From Octopus sinensis (lineage: Eukaryota), in NCBI RefSeq assembly GCF_006345805.1, contig NC_042997.1, positions 82,770,001 to 82,834,000 on the forward strand: 64,000 nucleotides of DNA, written 5' to 3'. Position 1 is the stretch's first letter; every line of letters starts with the position of its first letter. The position numbers and the translations under genes are program-made. Positions 61,000 to 64,000 of the stretch are shown here, one piece after another. The notes under the pieces are model-generated. The model was not told where the DNA came from, ran no database searches, and worked only from the letters and a program-made list of their open reading frames with translations.

Positions 61000-61520
61000 A
61001 TCAACTTCATCTCCATCACCACCATCATTATCATTCATCACCAGCAGTGCTCACCACCATCACCACCACCACCACCACCTCCGCCACCACTACCACCACT
61101 CACAGCTGCTGCCATCACTCACTGCTGCCATCACTCACTGCTGCCGACACCACCACCACCACCACTATCACAGCTGTTGCCAACACCACCATTATCATAG
61201 TCATCATGTATTTGTCATCACTGTCAGTAGCAGCATCATGGTAATAAACACCACCACCATTACTACCCTCATTGGATATAGGAGGTGCGTCATATTCACC
61301 ATCATGATCACAAACATTATCCTTATTACTACAGTTGTTATCAGTTTGATAATAATAATAATAATAATAATAATAATCACCATCATCATTACTACTGCCA
61401 CCTCCACCATCACAGCCACCCCTACCACAACCACCACCATCACCACTGCCAACAACAACACCAACACCACCAACATCACCACTAACATCACCACTGTTAT
61501 CATCATTATCATTTTACTGA
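61000..61520. repeat. Mosaic trinucleotide low-complexity tract (CCA/CAT/CAA/AAT)
   Basis: Seen directly; a similar tract lies at 34285-34460. It produces spurious ORFs. Confidence 0.9.
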
Positions 61521-61593
61521 TGATGCATTTTAAAATTGCGATTTTATTAATTTTTGTTTTTCTTCTATTTTACTTCCTTTAACATTCATATAG

Positions 61594-61881
61594 GAAAGGC
61601 AGCATTTCCAGAGTCTTGTTGAGAAAATACAAGAACTAGAAAAGAAACAGGATGCTCGTGAGAAAGAAATGCTGAGTGTGATGAAGAAAGGCAGCTGTTT
61701 ACCATTTTCTGAGTTGGAGAAGGAAGTGGAGAAATGGAAGAAAGTAGCTGAAAGCAAAAATGCAGATATTGAAAAGTATCGCGTTGAATTAGATTCAATG
61801 CTCAGTATGTTGACCTCCCTAAAAGCAAGTGCTGCATTCACATCCCAAAATAAATATATGACAGCAACAATGTATAGATAA
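61594..61881 (+). CDS. CEP162: CEP162 terminal coding exon (ERQHFQSLVEKIQELEKKQDAREKEM...KWKKVAESKNADIEKYRVELDSML...MYR*)
   Basis: Pyrimidine tract plus TAG at 61591-61593; stop TAA 61879-61881; matches recalled C-terminal EVEKWKRLAQLKNRELEKFRTELDSIL. Confidence 0.9.
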   Translation, partial: ERQHFQSLVEKIQELEKKQDAREKEMLSVMKKGSCLPFSELEKEVEKWKKVAESKNADIEKYRVELDSMLSMLTSLKASAAFTSQNKYMTATMYR

Positions 61882-62149
61882 CACTGTGTAATACAATTTT
61901 TGTCCTTGGATAGCAACTGGTATTTCCTATTTTCTTACCCCTATAAAGTGTGAAAACTGGTTAATATTTCCTTCAAACTGTGCTATTGTTACATTTATTC
62001 AAACCTCAAAGAATCTCTCTCAACTAATGGCTATGATGCTCCCCCACAGTCACTAACTGATATGCTCAAGTGGTTATGGTCAAACAACTAACAAGCAGTA
62101 ACTCTATTAAGGGTCGTAGGAATTGTGAGAGAAAATATGATATTTCGAA

Positions 62150-64000
62150 CATGCAACCACATATCAGAGACATGACAGAAACAACAGCACTCGAGTACAT
62201 TGAAACTGAAAAAGTCCTTAATGCTCACATGGGGATGTGAGTATCATTCTCCAGTCTGTGAAACGCACAGCGAACAGTTTCATAACTACCAACAATGAAA
62301 TCCCACCCCTATATGGCCTTCGAAAAGATCATAAGAGCCACATGGATCGTATACTTGGGCCACCTACCCGACCTTTTTGTGGTGCCAACAATGCAAACAA
62401 CCACAAAATATATTTTCTCTCACAATTCCTACGACCCTTAATAGAGTTATCTGCGGATGTGATAGTACTGAAGACCTCCTTAGCAGGATCCGCGAATGCA
62501 ACAACACATGTAACCTCAGTGACTACATCGTAGGTAGCATGGATGTAGTATCACTATATCCTTCCATTGATGTAGACTTTACTGTCGAAAAATGTATAGA
62601 GATAATTAGTGAGAGTAATATGATATTTAAAACTGTGGACGTATATGAACTAGGGCTCTTCCTGGCCCTGACTTATACCGATGAATATCTGTCACACAAT
62701 AATCTTTTATATGTTTGTCCCACCCGTAACAAACGAGGTAGACCACCTACCATTACCTCAGTATACAAAAAGACCCACTGTGAACGCTGGACGAAGCCAG
62801 ACTACCCACCTTCAGATGCACACGACATCAGAACTACTATCGCACATGCTATCGGTATCAGCCTTAGAACTACGCTTAAAACCCATATTTTTAAGTTTAA
62901 CAACAAACTGTATAAACAGACAAAAGGCGGTGCTATTGGAGTAGGGATTGCCGGTGATGTTGCTAACCTCTTCATGGTATGGTGGGACAGACATTTTAAA
63001 CAGTGCCTAGCTACCTGTAACATCCACTTAGCTATGTACTCTCGATACGTTGACGACATTAACCTTGTGAAACGTAATAGTAATACAGACACAGATATAG
63101 ACTCTCTACTACATGAAGAACAGGTGATGACAGCTATACAACACATAGCTGACTCTATCCATAGCAGTATAAAAGTTACTGTAGACTACTCCTCTAAACA
63201 CCCCAGTAATAGATTACCTGTCCTAGATACTGAGCTGTGGATAGAAAATACTATGGTTAACGGTACTGTTAAACCCTGTTTACTCTATTCACATTATTGT
63301 AAACCTATGGCTAATCCACTGGTAATTCGTAGTGACTCAGCGATGTCGAGTACTACCAAGCTCAGCATCCTAGTGGCAGACTTAGAGTAATGAAGAATGT
63401 ATCCCCACTATGCCAACCACAAGGACGACAACAACACATCCAGCACTACATATACCGAATGCAACGTTCTGGATACACACAATACGATAGAATCAGAGTG
63501 TACAAAGGAGCGAAAACAAGATTCGAACGCATTCTAAGAAATGACGAAAACGGTATATGTCCCCCCTATACTGCAACAAGTTCTGGAATAGGTTAGAGAG
63601 GGACACCAATAAAAGAAATAAAACCAATACTTGGTATGATAACAAGAAATTTCACAATGTAATGTTTGTTGACGCCACACCGAAGAACAAATTAAGTAAG
63701 GCATTTAAGAAAATCCTGCGCACAACTGGCCTTAAGATCAAATTTGTAGAAAATACAGGTAGGACTATCAAATCTGTATCATATCTATTTGATAGAATCA
63801 CTTGTCAAAATAATTGTGCAGTATGTTCTACATATCCACATGTGAACTGCAAAACCAAGAGCACTGTATACCAAATTAAGTGCCAAGAAGGAGCTTGCGC
63901 GACCAACCCAGGGTCATACATAGGTGAGTCTTCTATGAGTATCAATGATTGGTTCAAAGAACACCTGGACAACTACATTAAAAAGAAACCAAACTTCATC
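62150..64000 (+). mobile_element. Penelope-like retroelement (RT + GIY-YIG), frameshifted, runs off the window
   Basis: ORF 62377..63390 has GSMDVVSLYPSI, QTKGGAIGVGIAGDVANLFM and YSRYVDDI. Downstream frames give CQNNCAVC and CKTKSTVYQIKC...YIGESSMSINDWFKEH (GIY-YIG; the catalytic Arg reads as Trp). Confidence 0.9.

Larger units (their letters stand above)
303..61881 (+). other. CEP162: CEP162 (centrosomal protein of 162 kDa / QN1 homologue) gene span; 24 coding exons in window, 5' end missing
   Basis: All 24 exons have AG/GT boundaries and join in phase into 3582 nt ending in TAA at 61879-61881. Peptides match recalled human CEP162 motifs: LLVAYDAENKRLYN..EERMFSENQKL, KKLHWYTYNQQLLDQ, KRNPNSLPALLMAA, EVEKWKKVAESKNADIEKYRVELDSML. 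Confidence 0.9.

Overview
AT-rich, microsatellite- and SINE-dense eukaryotic DNA, most likely from an octopus (inferred from the repeat landscape, not tested). Nearly the whole window is one + strand gene, CEP162 (QN1/KIAA1009 homologue). I could join 24 GT-AG exons (303..61881) into one phase-consistent open frame of 3582 nt (1193 codons plus stop); the 5' exon(s) lie upstream of the window. The introns hold tRNA-type SINEs, many 3' ends of an RTE LINE carrying a 60-66 bp VNTR, a decayed RTE ORF2 with an internal PHD finger, Rex3-like and HERO-like fragments, mariner, maT, piggyBac and hAT relics, and three non-autonomous Helitrons. A Penelope-like RT/GIY-YIG element begins about 300 bp after the stop codon. 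The main signal not explained by the ORF track is a set of (TA)n-flanked, often palindromic non-coding elements carrying type I hammerhead ribozyme motifs. Two have an intact catalytic core on the gene's sense strand (44828..44921 and 13494..13595), and three are decayed (13172..13272, 24190..24272, 58514..58561). This resembles a Penelope-mobilised retrozyme-like system in the introns of a ciliary gene. There is also an exact 242-bp templated inverted copy of local intron inside a hairpin element, and two Helitrons nested in one palindrome whose other arm preserves the empty site. All protein comparisons are from memory; no searches were run.
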